Part shown: positions 1-12,144 of the stretch, piece after piece | How the letters are laid out: the number at the start of each line of letters is the position of its first letter | Position numbering within the stretch: position 1 is the stretch's first letter | Source: Octopus vulgaris | Lineage: Eukaryota | Assembly: GCA_951406725.2 (NCBI GenBank) | Contig: OX597831.1 | Coordinates: 16,740,001-16,804,000 of the forward strand | Length of the DNA stretch: 64,000 bases | Direction of reading: 5' to 3' | Notes under the pieces: model-generated | What the model saw: the letters and a program-made list of their open reading frames with translations, nothing else | Told to the model about the DNA's origin: nothing | Database searches by the model: none | Program-made: the position numbers and the translations under genes

Positions 1-168
1 TCAGCGACTGATACCATGATTAGAGACTCCCAACCTATCGCTTCAAAGTCTCTGCTGCAACTGATTCGTTTCCCGCCGGTGTTATGATTTCGGCGTGAAA
101 CGAATCAGTTGCAGCAGAGACTTCGAAGCGATGGGTTGGGAGTCTCTAATCATGGTATCAGTCGCTGA
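1..168. repeat. Foldback/inverted repeat (MITE-like or Penelope tail-to-tail remnant), may extend left of the window
   Basis: 1-72 is the near-perfect reverse complement of 97-168 (tcagcgactgatacc... / ...ggtatcagtcgctga), with a ~24 nt loop. Confidence 0.8.
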
Positions 169-219
169 CAGCTTTCCATATATAAATCATTATTGCTATG
201 TGACGACATGTCATTCCAG

Positions 220-373
220 TGGACTTATTTGTGCTACTATTCATTCTCGTTTTCTAACTACCATGAATATCATGATGCTTACCTGGATGCTCTTATTGTT
301 ATTGTCATTGTTACTATTATATTATATTATTACTTTTATCCCAGAATCTGATAATTTGATTGATGGAAAGTAA
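220..373 (+). CDS. Possible terminal exon of an upstream gene with a hydrophobic (TM/GPI-like) C-terminus
   Basis: Acceptor-like tcattccag at 211-219, then an open frame (x)GLICATIHSRFLTTMNIMMLTWMLLLLLSLLLLYYIITFIPESDNLIDGK*. The hydrophobic run is partly low-complexity TTA/TTG, so it may be spurious. Confidence 0.2.
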
Positions 374-899
374 TGTATATACCTAGAGAACACCAGAATG
401 ACCAATGGCGCTTAATCATATTCCACTCCACGAAGCGCGCACTACCAGATGTTTCTGAAAAAAATATTCAACGTCATACAATTTATAAATCATAATCACA
501 CATAATTGTATATGTATAACAAAGTCACAATCTCCTCAAAGTGGCTTGCGATGCACAAAGAAGTATCATCTGCCATTGTCTTGTCATATTAATCCTGTAC
601 ACGCACATACCCACACACCTACACACACACACACACGCACGCACACATATGGATATATAAAAGCAAGTTATTTTATTCCACACGGATAGAAGTATATTGT
701 TGTTTATACTATTGTTTATGCTGTTGATTAGGTATTTGAAATGTGTGCGTCCATAGGATAAAAGAGCGATCTAGGCAACCGTCATCACCTGAAATGCTCC
801 GGCTTACAGACGAATGTTCAGATAAAGCCCATTCACACGAAACATTTTTGCAACATTCGCACACCTTCAAAACTTTTCTTGGGGGGGGGGGGAGTACTT

Positions 900-3230
900 C
901 GCTCTCCTTTTTAAGCTTTACTTGAAAGAAATTCATGGAAGCCCAGCCGAAGAGGTAAGTGCCAGCCTTTAATCCTTTTAAGCATCGTCCACCACACAGA
1001 TTCAGGCAGAGGAAAACTGCATTTCCCTCCCGGCCAAAACTGGACATCGAGAGGATCCTCTCAATGTACCCGTCAGATAACCGGTTCCATCGTACGTGTG
1101 TCAACTGCTCTTCGACAAAGCTCCACAAACAGTAATACACGGACACTGGACGAGTACATACAGGGCGGCTTCATCACCCTGTGCACACTTCCAACAGACC
1201 TGTCTGACAGGGCTTCGGTGTCTGTAGATCTTGACTCAAACCAGCCGAGTTCTCCGTTAGGAAAATCAGGCCAGGGAATTCTGGAAGTTATCCGTTGTCC
1301 CTTGCCAGGAAGTCCTCCTCAAAGGGACTGCTTTTGGTTCCTCCTGACACCCAGATTTCCCTTAGTACGTTATCGCTCTTTCTCTCCACTAATCCCTTAT
1401 AGTAGAACCTAAACACGCCCCGTTGCCACACTGGCAGAAATCTGTGAGTAATGGCGGCATTCCTGGTGCCAAGTACCATTTCTTGGTATACAACCCATGC
1501 CTGTAGTTCTATCAAAGAGACCAGCTGCGGAAAGTCCCGTTTGAATAACGGCGACCAAAACTGCTGACGGTTACGGAGACGATAAAGATTCCTGCAGCCT
1601 CAGCGCGTACCTGCACATCATTAGACTTTGGCTATTATATCACACAGATCTTGTCTACCTGGCAGTTTAGACAAAGCTAGATCCCCATTAATTTAATGGT
1701 TCCTTCAATCAAGCGCCCTACAACGCTGGTGTTTGGCATAAACCTACCTCTCTAGGTGCCGAGATGTAGGCCCATCAAATTCTCCTGGTGTATGAGCTGT
1801 CTGCGAATCTTTAGCCATAGGTCATCCTGCTTCTTATCATTTCACCCAATTCTTGTCTACCTGGTGGTTTCGACCAAACCAGATAACCCGCCCTTCAGTG
1901 CAGCGCCCGACAACTCTGATATTTGGCATAAACCTGCTTCTCTATGTGCCGAGATATCAGGCCCATCGAATTCTCCTGGTTGATCTTTGCTCCTGTCACC
2001 ACTTCGTAGTCTCTTGGAGCTGTGTCGACCACCTCTATTTCCGAGATGGCTGACACTATTACAGTGACCTCGTCCAACAATAAACCACCACATGCTCGAC
2101 CACACCGGATACATCTCGAAGGATCCAGCTTCTACAGCAATGGCTAGAGATCAAATACATAGATAAGAGATGAGAGCGGGCATCGGTTACAGACAGAACG
2201 AGCTATGCTAAACGATTCTAATACGTGGCCATTTACTTTGATCACCGAACATATGTTGATGAATATTGCAGCAATCCCATCTCTGAAAACGACACTGAAA
2301 CCAGCTGCCGTGAGGAATAGGACATACCAAAGCGTTACTGGTCGACACCACTAAAAGCTTTAGATTGATTAAATTACACATGGGACCCACCTATGCCAGG
2401 TTCCTTACCCACACGCTCTAAGATATAGTGTGTGAGGTGGAGGTTATCCTGAATATTTCGGTTTGATATAGCGCAAGACTACTCCTCTCCAACCAATTTA
2501 TCAACGACAAGCGCTAATCTCTTGGATAACACCTTGTCCCAAAACTTATAATCTGCATTCAGCGGAGTGGTAGGCCGAAAATTATCAATTGTGTAACCCT
2601 TGTTCGGGTTCTTTCGCTACAGCACCACGACTAAACGACTCACCGCACTGTGAATTCCCCCGTCGGCTTCCAGTTGTGGTAGACATCGACCAACAGACTA
2701 CTACAAAATCTGGCATATCAAAAAAAAGCTCAATATGTTGACCATCCTGTTTCGGAGACATATTTCTTGTGCAGCTCGTCATCACACCCCGTACATGACC
2801 GCCTGTTGTCGGCATTTCGCAGAACTCTGCATCCACAGATGTGTGAAGCATTATGCCTGTGACATAGGAGGTGAAACCCGCCACTGTCCTGATCCACAGA
2901 ACGCCGCGTACAGTTCAACAAATTGCCACTTAAATTCCGCATAATACTACTTGGTCCCCGTAATTATGAACTCATCACATCTTTCCAAAACCTGAACTGT
3001 TTTTTTGTTTCCACGTAGTACCTCTGGTATATGGGCCAATAAAATGGTATTCGCACCGTCACTTTTGACAATGTAATTTCGTGATAGTTATTGCAGAATT
3101 GATCAAAAGCCAGTCACACCGCTAGTATGTTAAAAGCTATGCCTTTCCTAAGGGCCACTTCTGGCATCATAACTAGGTGTCACTCTATTCTTCTAATTCT
3201 ATTTCCTTACTAAAACCTATCACCTTTACT
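900..3230 (-). mobile_element. Degraded L1/Tx1-clade non-LTR retrotransposon (RT region)
   Basis: Minus-strand translation across frameshifts gives NFRP..LNADYKFWDKVLSKRLALVVDKLVGEE..NRNIQDNLHLTHYILERV..NQSKAF (around 2340-2590), typical of L1/Tx1 RT domains 1-3. Many stops. Confidence 0.7.
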
Positions 3231-4399
3231 CCAATTGGCTGCCTCAGGGCAATCCACCAACAAGTGTGGCCATCAGCTTCCGATGGACTGATTTACTAAT
3301 AGGGTCCCTGAAATGTTGGCGCACCGGAAAGGAAGTGTTCAGTGCCTAGTATCCAGGATTATGTCTATTTCTCTTATATATGACGACCTTCCAGATTAAA
3401 AATTTACGGTCCGTGTAGACGATGACTTTCAAACATGGAAGTCTTATACAACTACTATATACAGGCCTACAAAATAGTCTATCTAGAGAAGATCGGGAGA
3501 ATAAGATACACTTTACCCATGTCCACATTGGCGCAGTCATTAAATCTAGTCAGCACCTGGAAGCGAACTGGTAGTGACCCAGCAGGTTTCTGAGGATTTT
3601 ATTCCCACCTCTCATATCGTATTAACAGTGAATCACAATAAAAGGAAAGTGCAAGTGACATAGATTATATTAGTAAGGGAATTGAAATATTCACACATAA
3701 TTTTAGCAATGTGACAGAAATCTTTCAGTGATTAACTAGCAAAGAAATGTCGCTGGCATTTCAAATGTTTTGCTTAAAAAATTACCAGCATGTTTCGAAT
3801 TTAATCTTGTTCCAAACATATATTTCAGTCGCCTCTTGTAGATTTAGAAAATATTCTCAGAAAATATTCTTAATCTGCTATACATTCAGTCCTCAAAATG
3901 CAGGAAGAGAAATATATTTATGGGATATTAACACGACGCCCTGGAGACATGAATAAAATGATAGTAGAATTTCCTCATATTTGAAAAAAAAAACAAATTG
4001 TTTGTTTGCGTAATCTTTCTCTTCGTGTTGTTATTTCTTTTCGTGTTTGTCTCTTTCGGTGTTTTTCTTTTTGCTTTTATAAAACTTTAAACTTTGAAGA
4101 CTGATTATTTCATTGTATCAACGTGAAAACGCTGGTTGCTTCGTTCAAATTTTGGATACGAATTCCTATAATTTTGAATTTCTATTTGTCACTTTTCATT
4201 TGGAACTCGACAAGGATTGTCTAATTGTCGAAGTATTGTTCAACCAATAAAACCTCTGATACAGTCGCATCGTGACCATTGTATTGTCTACTTACGTTTA
4301 TATGATGAGTTATGACAAATCTTTTAAAATATATTCATGATATTGATGGCGATGGAAATAAAAATAATACTAATACTACTACTAATAATAATAATAATA

Positions 4400-5610
4400 A
4401 GGCGGAGTACTCGCGCGGATTGAGTCTGATTCTTAAGTCGAAATAAAATGGACGGAATCAGATAGAAGCTATCGACACCAGAGCGGTTTCACTCCTTAGA
4501 TATAGAGTAGAAGTAAACGCATGGACACAAGAGGAACTAAACAGCCGAGAAAGGGAAGATACTTGTTAACCTGATATTAGAATATCCACCCAAAATGTGA
4601 TACACACAGAAATATTTACCAAGTAAAAGTGAGGAAGAGTACTTATTGGGAGCGAGTGCAGCATAAAACTCTCAAAGGATGAATGGCAATGTCGAACCTG
4701 GCAGAATTTGAAGCTATGTAAAAACAAGGCCACAGAGCAGCTATTATTAGAAGGAAGAAGATCAGATTTGTGCAGGATGAATGATTGCAAAGATAAAACA
4801 TTCTACAAGAAATTGAAAACGAATGAAACTGAAAATATTTCGGTAAGAAAAGAATGCATGAACAATTTCATAGAGATGTTGAAGATACGATAGACAGAGT
4901 AAAAAATGGCTTAGGATGAATAAATGTGATTTAAAATCGGAAACGGTGGCTCTAATTTATGCTATGTTCGCACTAATCTGTGCTGCCCAAGAGCAAGCAC
5001 TAAGAACAAACTACATAAAATACAGAATGGACAACACTGCAGAAAGGTATAAGTGCAGAATCTGTAGGCAAAACTGGGAAACCGAATGGCATATTACCAG
5101 CCAATGTACGCCACTAGCCGAGAAGAAATATAAGAAACGCCACGACAATATAGCCAAGCCTGTCAATTTGACATTTTGCAACAAGTATGGACTTGACAGA
5201 GCAAAAGCTTGATACGACCACAAACCTAAAGGCAACGTCGAAAGTATAGATGCAAAAATCGTATGGGATTTTATGATTCAATGTGACCATGGGATATAGA
5301 ATTTTAAGCCGGAAATAGTCTTAATTGAGAAAGGAAATAATCTATGCTTATTAATACATATAGCATGCCCAGCTGATACCGACGTATTCGATAAGGAAGA
5401 CATAAATGTCGAGAGATATGATAGGTTGGCTTGAGAAGTGAAGCAGTTGTGGTCGAGGTAGCAGTCGTATCAATAATTGTTGGTGTCCTAGGAAGAGTGA
5501 GCAAAAATCGGGAGAACTACGTGGAACAAATGGGGGCTGCAATAAGGGTGGAACACGTGCAGAAAACAGCACTGCTTGAATACTCCGGACGGTGCCCGAA
5601 AAATAAGAAG
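4400..5610 (+). mobile_element. R4/Dong-like RLE retrotransposon, degraded 3' part (family D)
   Basis: LICAAQEQALRTNY..KCRICRQNWETEWHITSQC..RHDN (CCHC knuckle plus RHD). Follows an (AAT)n tract. Paralogue at 32705-33910. Confidence 0.8.
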
Positions 5611-5685
5611 TGTTATCTTAATTCACTGGTAGCGAACATCTGACGCTGTAATACATCTCCAGTAATAGGAGCTACGGAAAGTCTA

Positions 5686-5717
5686 CTGATACTACAACAA
5701 CTACAACGATTACTACA

Positions 5718-5779
<62 letters not shown>

Positions 5780-5787
5780 TATTACTT

Positions 5788-5824
<37 letters not shown>

Positions 5825-5836
5825 AACTACTACAAC

Positions 5837-5890
<54 letters not shown>

Positions 5891-5918
5891 TAATAATAAT
5901 AACACTACTAATAATAAC
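5686..5918. repeat. Compound (ACT)n/(AAT)n microsatellite
   Basis: Direct inspection. Confidence 0.95.
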
Positions 5919-6501
5919 AATGAAATATGGATGACAGGATTGGCGGTGGAATAAGGATAAGTAAGACCAGGTTTTAGAAAAGATGAGGAACATAAGAGAT
6001 GCTGTCCAAAGAAAAGAATATCTTTAGTGAAAATAAGAACATCATTACCATTGAGGATGGAACCATTGTTATTCTGACATTTTAATGTCAGAATGATACA
6101 CGACATTTTATGAGGAACACTCAGTCATTTAAATATATGTTACAAATTATGGAAATTACATATATTAGTGGACAACGTAGTGAAAAATTGCTCTTTTGAT
6201 GAGTTACTGAACACCTGTTGTCCCGGGTTCTTATTTTCTTTTTGAAATATAAATGTTGCACTGATATATGATCATTAAACAAGTGCGTGGGGTTGAATGA
6301 TTCCGTACAAAGTAAGTAGAAATATTTTGGAAACGTCTCGTTTTTCCATCTCTAATTTTACTTTTGATCTTGTATGTAAAATAAGGTATTTCTCTCATTC
6401 TTCGAAGTGTCCCACCATCGAGGGTATCGATGTTAGATGTGTCAAAACGAGTGTCGTGCATAATAATTCAAATTCCCGTATATTCCACATTCTGTATAAC
6501 A

Positions 6502-6535
<34 letters not shown>

Positions 6536-6761
6536 ATGTGTGTGTGATAGAGAAAATCTGTATCCCTAAGCTGACACCACATATTTTGGCCGTGCACACT
6601 TTCTAATGTATAAGACTCCTCATAGAGATGTACCACCTCATTGATAGGCATCATCATCAACATGTATTTCCTTTGCTTGTTGAGACAATAATCATAGTGT
6701 GAACCATCTGGAATATTTCAATTACGTAGCTTTGCATTACGTCATTAAAGTTAAATAATTT

Positions 6762-6831
<70 letters not shown>

Positions 6832-6898
6832 CATATATGTATAAATATTTATTTACCAGTGTAAATATCTATCGATCTATGAGCCTCTCTCTCTCTCT

Positions 6899-6947
<49 letters not shown>

Positions 6948-7089
6948 CATAAGTATGTAGACATGTGTACTACAAATAATTAAATAATATACGTATTCAT
7001 GTACGTGTTTATATATTTATTTATATACATTTTACCTATATATACACATACACACACACACATACACATATATATATATATACATATAT

Positions 7090-7145
7090 ACGACAGGCTT
7101 CTTTCAGTTTCCGTCTACCAAATCCACTGACAAGTCTTTTGTCGA
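7090..7145 (-). mobile_element. Fragment of the tRNA-derived SINE seen at 42737-43210
   Basis: cgacaggcttctttcagtttccgtctaccaaatccact is the reverse complement of about 42862-42899. Confidence 0.75.
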
Positions 7146-7169
7146 TGACTTTTTGGCCCAGCTATATAT

Positions 7170-7545
7170 CTATAATATCTTGTACAGAATTACCAACTAA
7201 AACCTTTACCGGTAATAGACGACTGTAGTTGTACCTGGGCTGCACGTAACTTTGTATGTCGTCTAAGACCCCCTGAGGAATTACACTCCCTTCCACATGC
7301 CCGACAGATATGATTAGTATGGTGTGTTATACCACCCCAGTGGTGACTAAGAAGATGACCCTTGATTCCAGCTTTACCGAGGCAGGGTCTTCCACGGACG
7401 TTGCATATCAGCATCATATGAATACCCTTCCCATCTGGAAGTGTAACAGCGATGCCCTTCCTGACATCCCTCCTTACTTTCTCATGTGCAACTCGAGATT
7501 TCTCAAAAGTGACTGTACCCTTGTGCACAATATTTCTCCACCTGC
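7170..7545 (-). mobile_element. RTE-type LINE 3' remnant with C2H2-like fingers
   Basis: SRWRNIVHKGTVTFEKSR..LICNVRGRPCLGKAGIKGHLLSH..HICRACGRECNSSGGLRRH resembles the C-terminus of the RTE at 40500-40680. Paralogue at 35805-36205. Confidence 0.65.
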
Positions 7546-8096
7546 TATACATGCATACATAAATGCATGCATACACACGTACAAAAGTTCTTACGTGCAT
7601 TCAAAAATTCACACACACATGTATAGCTGCATGCATTCATACATACGTACGTACGTACGTACCTATATAAGCGCATATATATCATGAACTAACTCTTAAT
7701 TTCTCAGATGCAGTACGAAGGTTTTCAGTGTAAATGTTGTGCATTGAAAATGTTTTGACAAACAATTTCAGCTTTGAGGTGAAACTAACGTTTTTTGTGA
7801 GTTCTTAAATGTCTTATAACCATCTTCCACGCTGCAGTTGTTTTTGTTTCGGCATACGATTTTAGATCAAGTCACTTTATATGCAAATGCATCGAATATA
7901 TATAAATATATATATATAGGGTGAATTTACGAGAAAAACAAACGACGAAGACAGGTGGTGTACAAAAGAAAGTGATGTATTAGTATAACGCTCAGGAATA
8001 GAAAAAGTATTATAGGTTTCTAGCCTACACTCTTCTACAGAAAGGGACACAGAAAATACAAGGAGACAGAAAAATGTGTGTTGTGTCTAACGATCA

Positions 8097-8262
<166 letters not shown>

Positions 8263-8928
8263 GTGGTACCTTCACTTACGAGTATCCCATCTAACGAACT
8301 TTTCGAAATACGAGCGGTGTCGGCAGATTTCTGACTTTGAGTTGCGAGCGAATATTCGGGTTACGAGCCATCTACAGATACCCCACCGTTAGATTGCGTA
8401 GCGAAAGCTACACTGAACACTGTAACACCCATACAGCATCCCTTATCCCACTCGATAGTTAGACAGATAGGAATGTTAACAAGTGCGAAGATCATTAGTA
8501 GGTGGATATCTAGAGTGACAAGCGCATTAGCATGTGCGAAGTTTGTTAGATCGTTAGCTAGACGGAAGGTAAAATTCTTACTTAGTCTTTGCAGGCTACA
8601 GAAACGTCAGTGTTGTGCTCGCAGTTCTGTTTGCAGTTATTTTGAAAATCCTCATTTTTCCAACCACGGTTTCGAAAAAAATGAGCGCAGTAGACAATGA
8701 TGTGAAGACGTGGATGATGTGCCTTCAATTAAAGAAACATCGGAAAGCTTGACGAAGGTGTGCTTGTAGTCGACATGGTGAAGCATTATGAGCGTAGCCT
8801 TTCTACGATCTGCACCATACTCAAGAAGAAACAGCCAATAAAGGCTATAACGCCAGCCAAATTCGTTAAAACATTTTCTAAAGAGGGGACATCAAACCGT
8901 GTAAATATGGAAAAGCTATTTATGGTGC
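8263..8928 (+). mobile_element. Tigger/pogo DNA transposon 5' fragment
   Basis: Starts GTGGTACCT (Tigger-like TIR) after a TA run. ORF VVDMVKHYERSLSTICTILKKK..MEKLFMV resembles the HTH_psq/CENP-B N-terminus. Absent from copy 2. Confidence 0.7.
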
Positions 8929-8929
8929 T

Positions 8930-9900
8930 TGATTATACTTTAATTAATATATAGTTAGCATGTTCTTTAGACTTAGTATACCTTTATAAAATACCAGTAA
9001 TTGCCAATGATCAATCTTCATAGATTCCATCTAATAAGTTAAGATTTAAGCATATAAAACAAATAAATATTAAACTATTTCTACGTAACTGTTTTCCTCA
9101 TTCTATTGTGGTAAAATTTGGTACATACTAAAAGTTCTTCAAACATTTTATCCTTTTGGTTATAATATTCTTATTAATAATCTTGATAACCCTCAATTTT
9201 AAATTTACACAATATAGCAATATAGTTTTAAGGTATTCAACTATAGTTCCCCATGATAATATTTCCCTTGGTTTTACTAAAGTCTCGCTCATTTAATTGA
9301 TAAATATTTTCCTTTACCAAATCTCATTATATTTCTTCAAAGTAATCTTGACAATTTTATGACTATACCCACTATGATTTCTGTCAACTCCCTCAGCCCC
9401 TTTCCTAACAGAAACTGCTCCGTTTTCCTTTGCTTTAGATTTCGATATACAAAGATTTGATATACAAATCTATAAATTAAAACTGACTACAAAAAACAGT
9501 GACAAGATAGATCCCTAACAAGACCTTTTTTTCCTGATAACTTGATAGCTTTTAAGCCGAAGTGAAGACAGAATGATCTTTGTCGCTCTCCTTTCCTTCT
9601 TGGAGGTTTTAGTTAAAGTTATCCTAATGTGTCCATCTGTTTTAATTTAACTTAATTCTATGTACTTTTGCAGCAGAGGATTGCTCTGCATTTAAATGGA
9701 TGTAATGGTTGCATTGTTCACTTAAATGGAGCGGCTTCAATCGACTGTATTGCATTATCACTGGATATCCGGTTGCTTATTTTGATTTCAATAACCTTAC
9801 ATTGGAACTCTATGGATAAAACCGTATTAAACTGTAAAAATGTGGCGCAAGTTCCTCCCCGACATCCGAATCTCGGAGTTTTATCATGGGTACCGAATAA
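8930..9900. repeat. AT-rich interspersed repeat remnant, class unassigned (longer version at 43230-44756)
   Basis: Highly similar to 43803-44756; truncated on the left at the Tigger junction. No convincing protein motif. Confidence 0.4.
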
Positions 9901-10209
9901 TTGATAATTGTCACAAATTACAAACACATATATAAATAGTCTGTGTATTGATATATGTGTGCTGCGAAAGAAGGGCCTTTCATTTAGATTTTAATAGATG
10001 AATGAAGAGCATTCGATGTTATCCACTGCCATAAAGTTTCAACGCCAGGGAATACAAAGGCAAAACTAGAATATGTGGATATTTCTATTGAAACATAGTG
10101 CGCAAAAATACCACTTACTAATATTTAAGTACGATGTATTTAAGTACCTCTTTCTTTCCCGAAAACACATAGTAAAAAAAAAATTGTTGTTTTTAATAGA
10201 CGAAGGATA

Positions 10210-10299
10210 CATGACACGTCAGGTGAGGTTGTACGTATCTAAAGTGCTTTAAAATTAAAATCTTAACAGTTGCCAATGTGTTTGACACGAATAACAACG
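10210..10299 (+). promoter_or_regulatory. Conserved proximal promoter/5'UTR of Cys-rich gene copy 1
   Basis: Only 3 mismatches in ~90 nt versus 45056-45145. Contains CAGGTG (E-box), TTTAAAA and ACAGTT immediately upstream of the ATG. Confidence 0.5.
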
Positions 10300-10339
10300 A
10301 TGAAATATGTTCTACTTCTTCTTATGATTCACCTGCAAG
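10300..10339 (+). CDS. Secreted cysteine-rich protein, copy 1, exon 1 (signal peptide MKYVLLLLMIHLQ|G)
   Basis: ATG in acgATG context, M-K-hydrophobic run, consensus donor AAG|GTAAGT, phase 1. Paralogue at 45146-45188 differs by an in-frame 3-nt indel. Confidence 0.85.
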
Positions 10340-10469
10340 GTAAGTAAAATCCATATCATTTAACTACATCCCGGAACGAGTTAGGCATCCATGATCTCTC
10401 CATACGTATATTTGTATACCCGTCTCTCTCCCTCCTTCTCTCTCCCCCCTCTCTCTCTCTTTATATATA

Positions 10470-10770
10470 TAACACCGTGATCGCCGTGACTGACCAGACT
10501 ATTGGATGCTGCTATACATCGCTGATCACCATGCGCTTCGCATTGTTTAAGCTTTCAATGACGCCATCCCTCTGGGTAAGCGAGCAGGCAAACAGACAAC
10601 AGACTGAGAGAGCGTTGGGGCGAAAGAGTAGAGCAGGGATCGCCACCTCTCCCTGCCAGAGGGGTTTTAGGTGTTTTCGTTTAATGAACACTTAAAACGC
10701 CCGGTCTTCGAATCTTAACCACGATCCTACAACCTCGAGTCCGCTGCCCTAACTACCGGGCCATTGCCCC
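10470..10770 (-). mobile_element. tRNA-derived SINE
   Basis: The right end reads as a tRNA-like head on the minus strand (ggcaatggcccggtagttagggcagcggactcg..gattcgaagaccgggcg). The same 3' body recurs at 25390-25507 (+) and 45372-45560. Confidence 0.65.
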
Positions 10771-10819
10771 TACACACTCACAAATACCTAAAAATTACAC
10801 GCACACACACACACACATT

Positions 10820-10867
<48 letters not shown>

Positions 10868-10903
10868 TAGATAGATATATAGATAGATTTGTATATATAT
10901 ACT

Positions 10904-10941
<38 letters not shown>

Positions 10942-11221
10942 CAGGGAGGATATTTAAACCTCAAAAGTGTATTAATACAAGATTCAGTGGTTCAATATAT
11001 CATATTTTCTACAGATATTTCTTCAATGAATATATAACACAAAATGTCGAAAACTGTCTAGAAGTACTATCTACTCAAACAGAATATTCTTATGTATAGT
11101 GATCGATATCTAATTAATAAAGATGTTGATTAATTGATAATTTAATCCCTTACAATTGGCTATCTCTGTTTTGTATCTCGATAAGATTACCGATAACAAT
11201 AATAATTAAAATAATAATATA

Positions 11222-11560
11222 AGGTTTTAGCCACAAATTCCTTAGCAGTACCAGTTGTTCTTTATAGCTTCAATGTGCTTAACTGGAATACCAGTGAAAT
11301 AATGAAAATTGACAGAAAAATCCGCAGGCTACTGACTTGTAAGAAGATGCACCATCCAAAGGCAGACGTGGATCGCCTTTACCTTCCCAGAGCTCAGTTA
11401 GGTCGATGTTCAATCCAGCTTGAACTTACATACAAAACCACCACAATCGGACTGGCCAAATACCTTCAAGCAACCAACGATTGGATTCTAAAACTTGTTG
11501 AAACACACGAAAGACCGAAAAAACTTCACCCTATTCTCAAGGAGAGAAAAAAAACGGCTC
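11222..11560 (+). mobile_element. R4/Dong-like fragment
   Basis: LNWNTSEIMKIDRKIRRLLTCKKMHHPKADVDRLYLPR, the post-RT motif shared with the other copies. Confidence 0.75.
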
Positions 11561-11701
11561 ATGTACTGAGAAGACCACTATCGCTGTGAAAATATCATCC
11601 ATCCATGAATTTATATATTTAATAATTTCGAAAGAAGGAAAAACATAATGATAATAATTAAAAAGTAATAATATTATAGTAAATATAACAATATATATAT
11701 T

Positions 11702-11939
11702 ATATACAGGGCATTATTACACATAAATGCCTCACACTAAGAGGGACATAAGTCATTTCTACCAAAAATTTCACTAATCATACCCAATGCAGTTTTCAAA
11801 GCAAGACATTTTAAAAATTCATTTTTTAAATGTCTTGCTTTGAAAAACTGCATTGGGCATGATTAGTGAAATTTTTGGTAGAAATGACTTATGTCCCTCT
11901 TAGTGTGAGGCATTTAGGTGTAATAATGCCCTCTATATA
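11702..11939. repeat. Near-perfect ~240 bp palindrome (foldback)
   Basis: About 115 bp arms (cagggcattattacac..caagacatttt / aaatgtcttg..gtgtaataatgccctc) with almost no loop, TA-flanked. Confidence 0.85.
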
Positions 11940-12063
11940 ATATAAATTAATATGTTCAAAAGAAAAATATTTTTTTCGAATTTTTTCTCTTATGAAGTTT
12001 TTCACGCTATCTACCTCATAATTTCTTGTTAAGATTCCTTATTAAGAAGTTATCCTTAATTGT

Positions 12064-12141
<78 letters not shown>

Positions 12142-12144
<3 letters not shown>

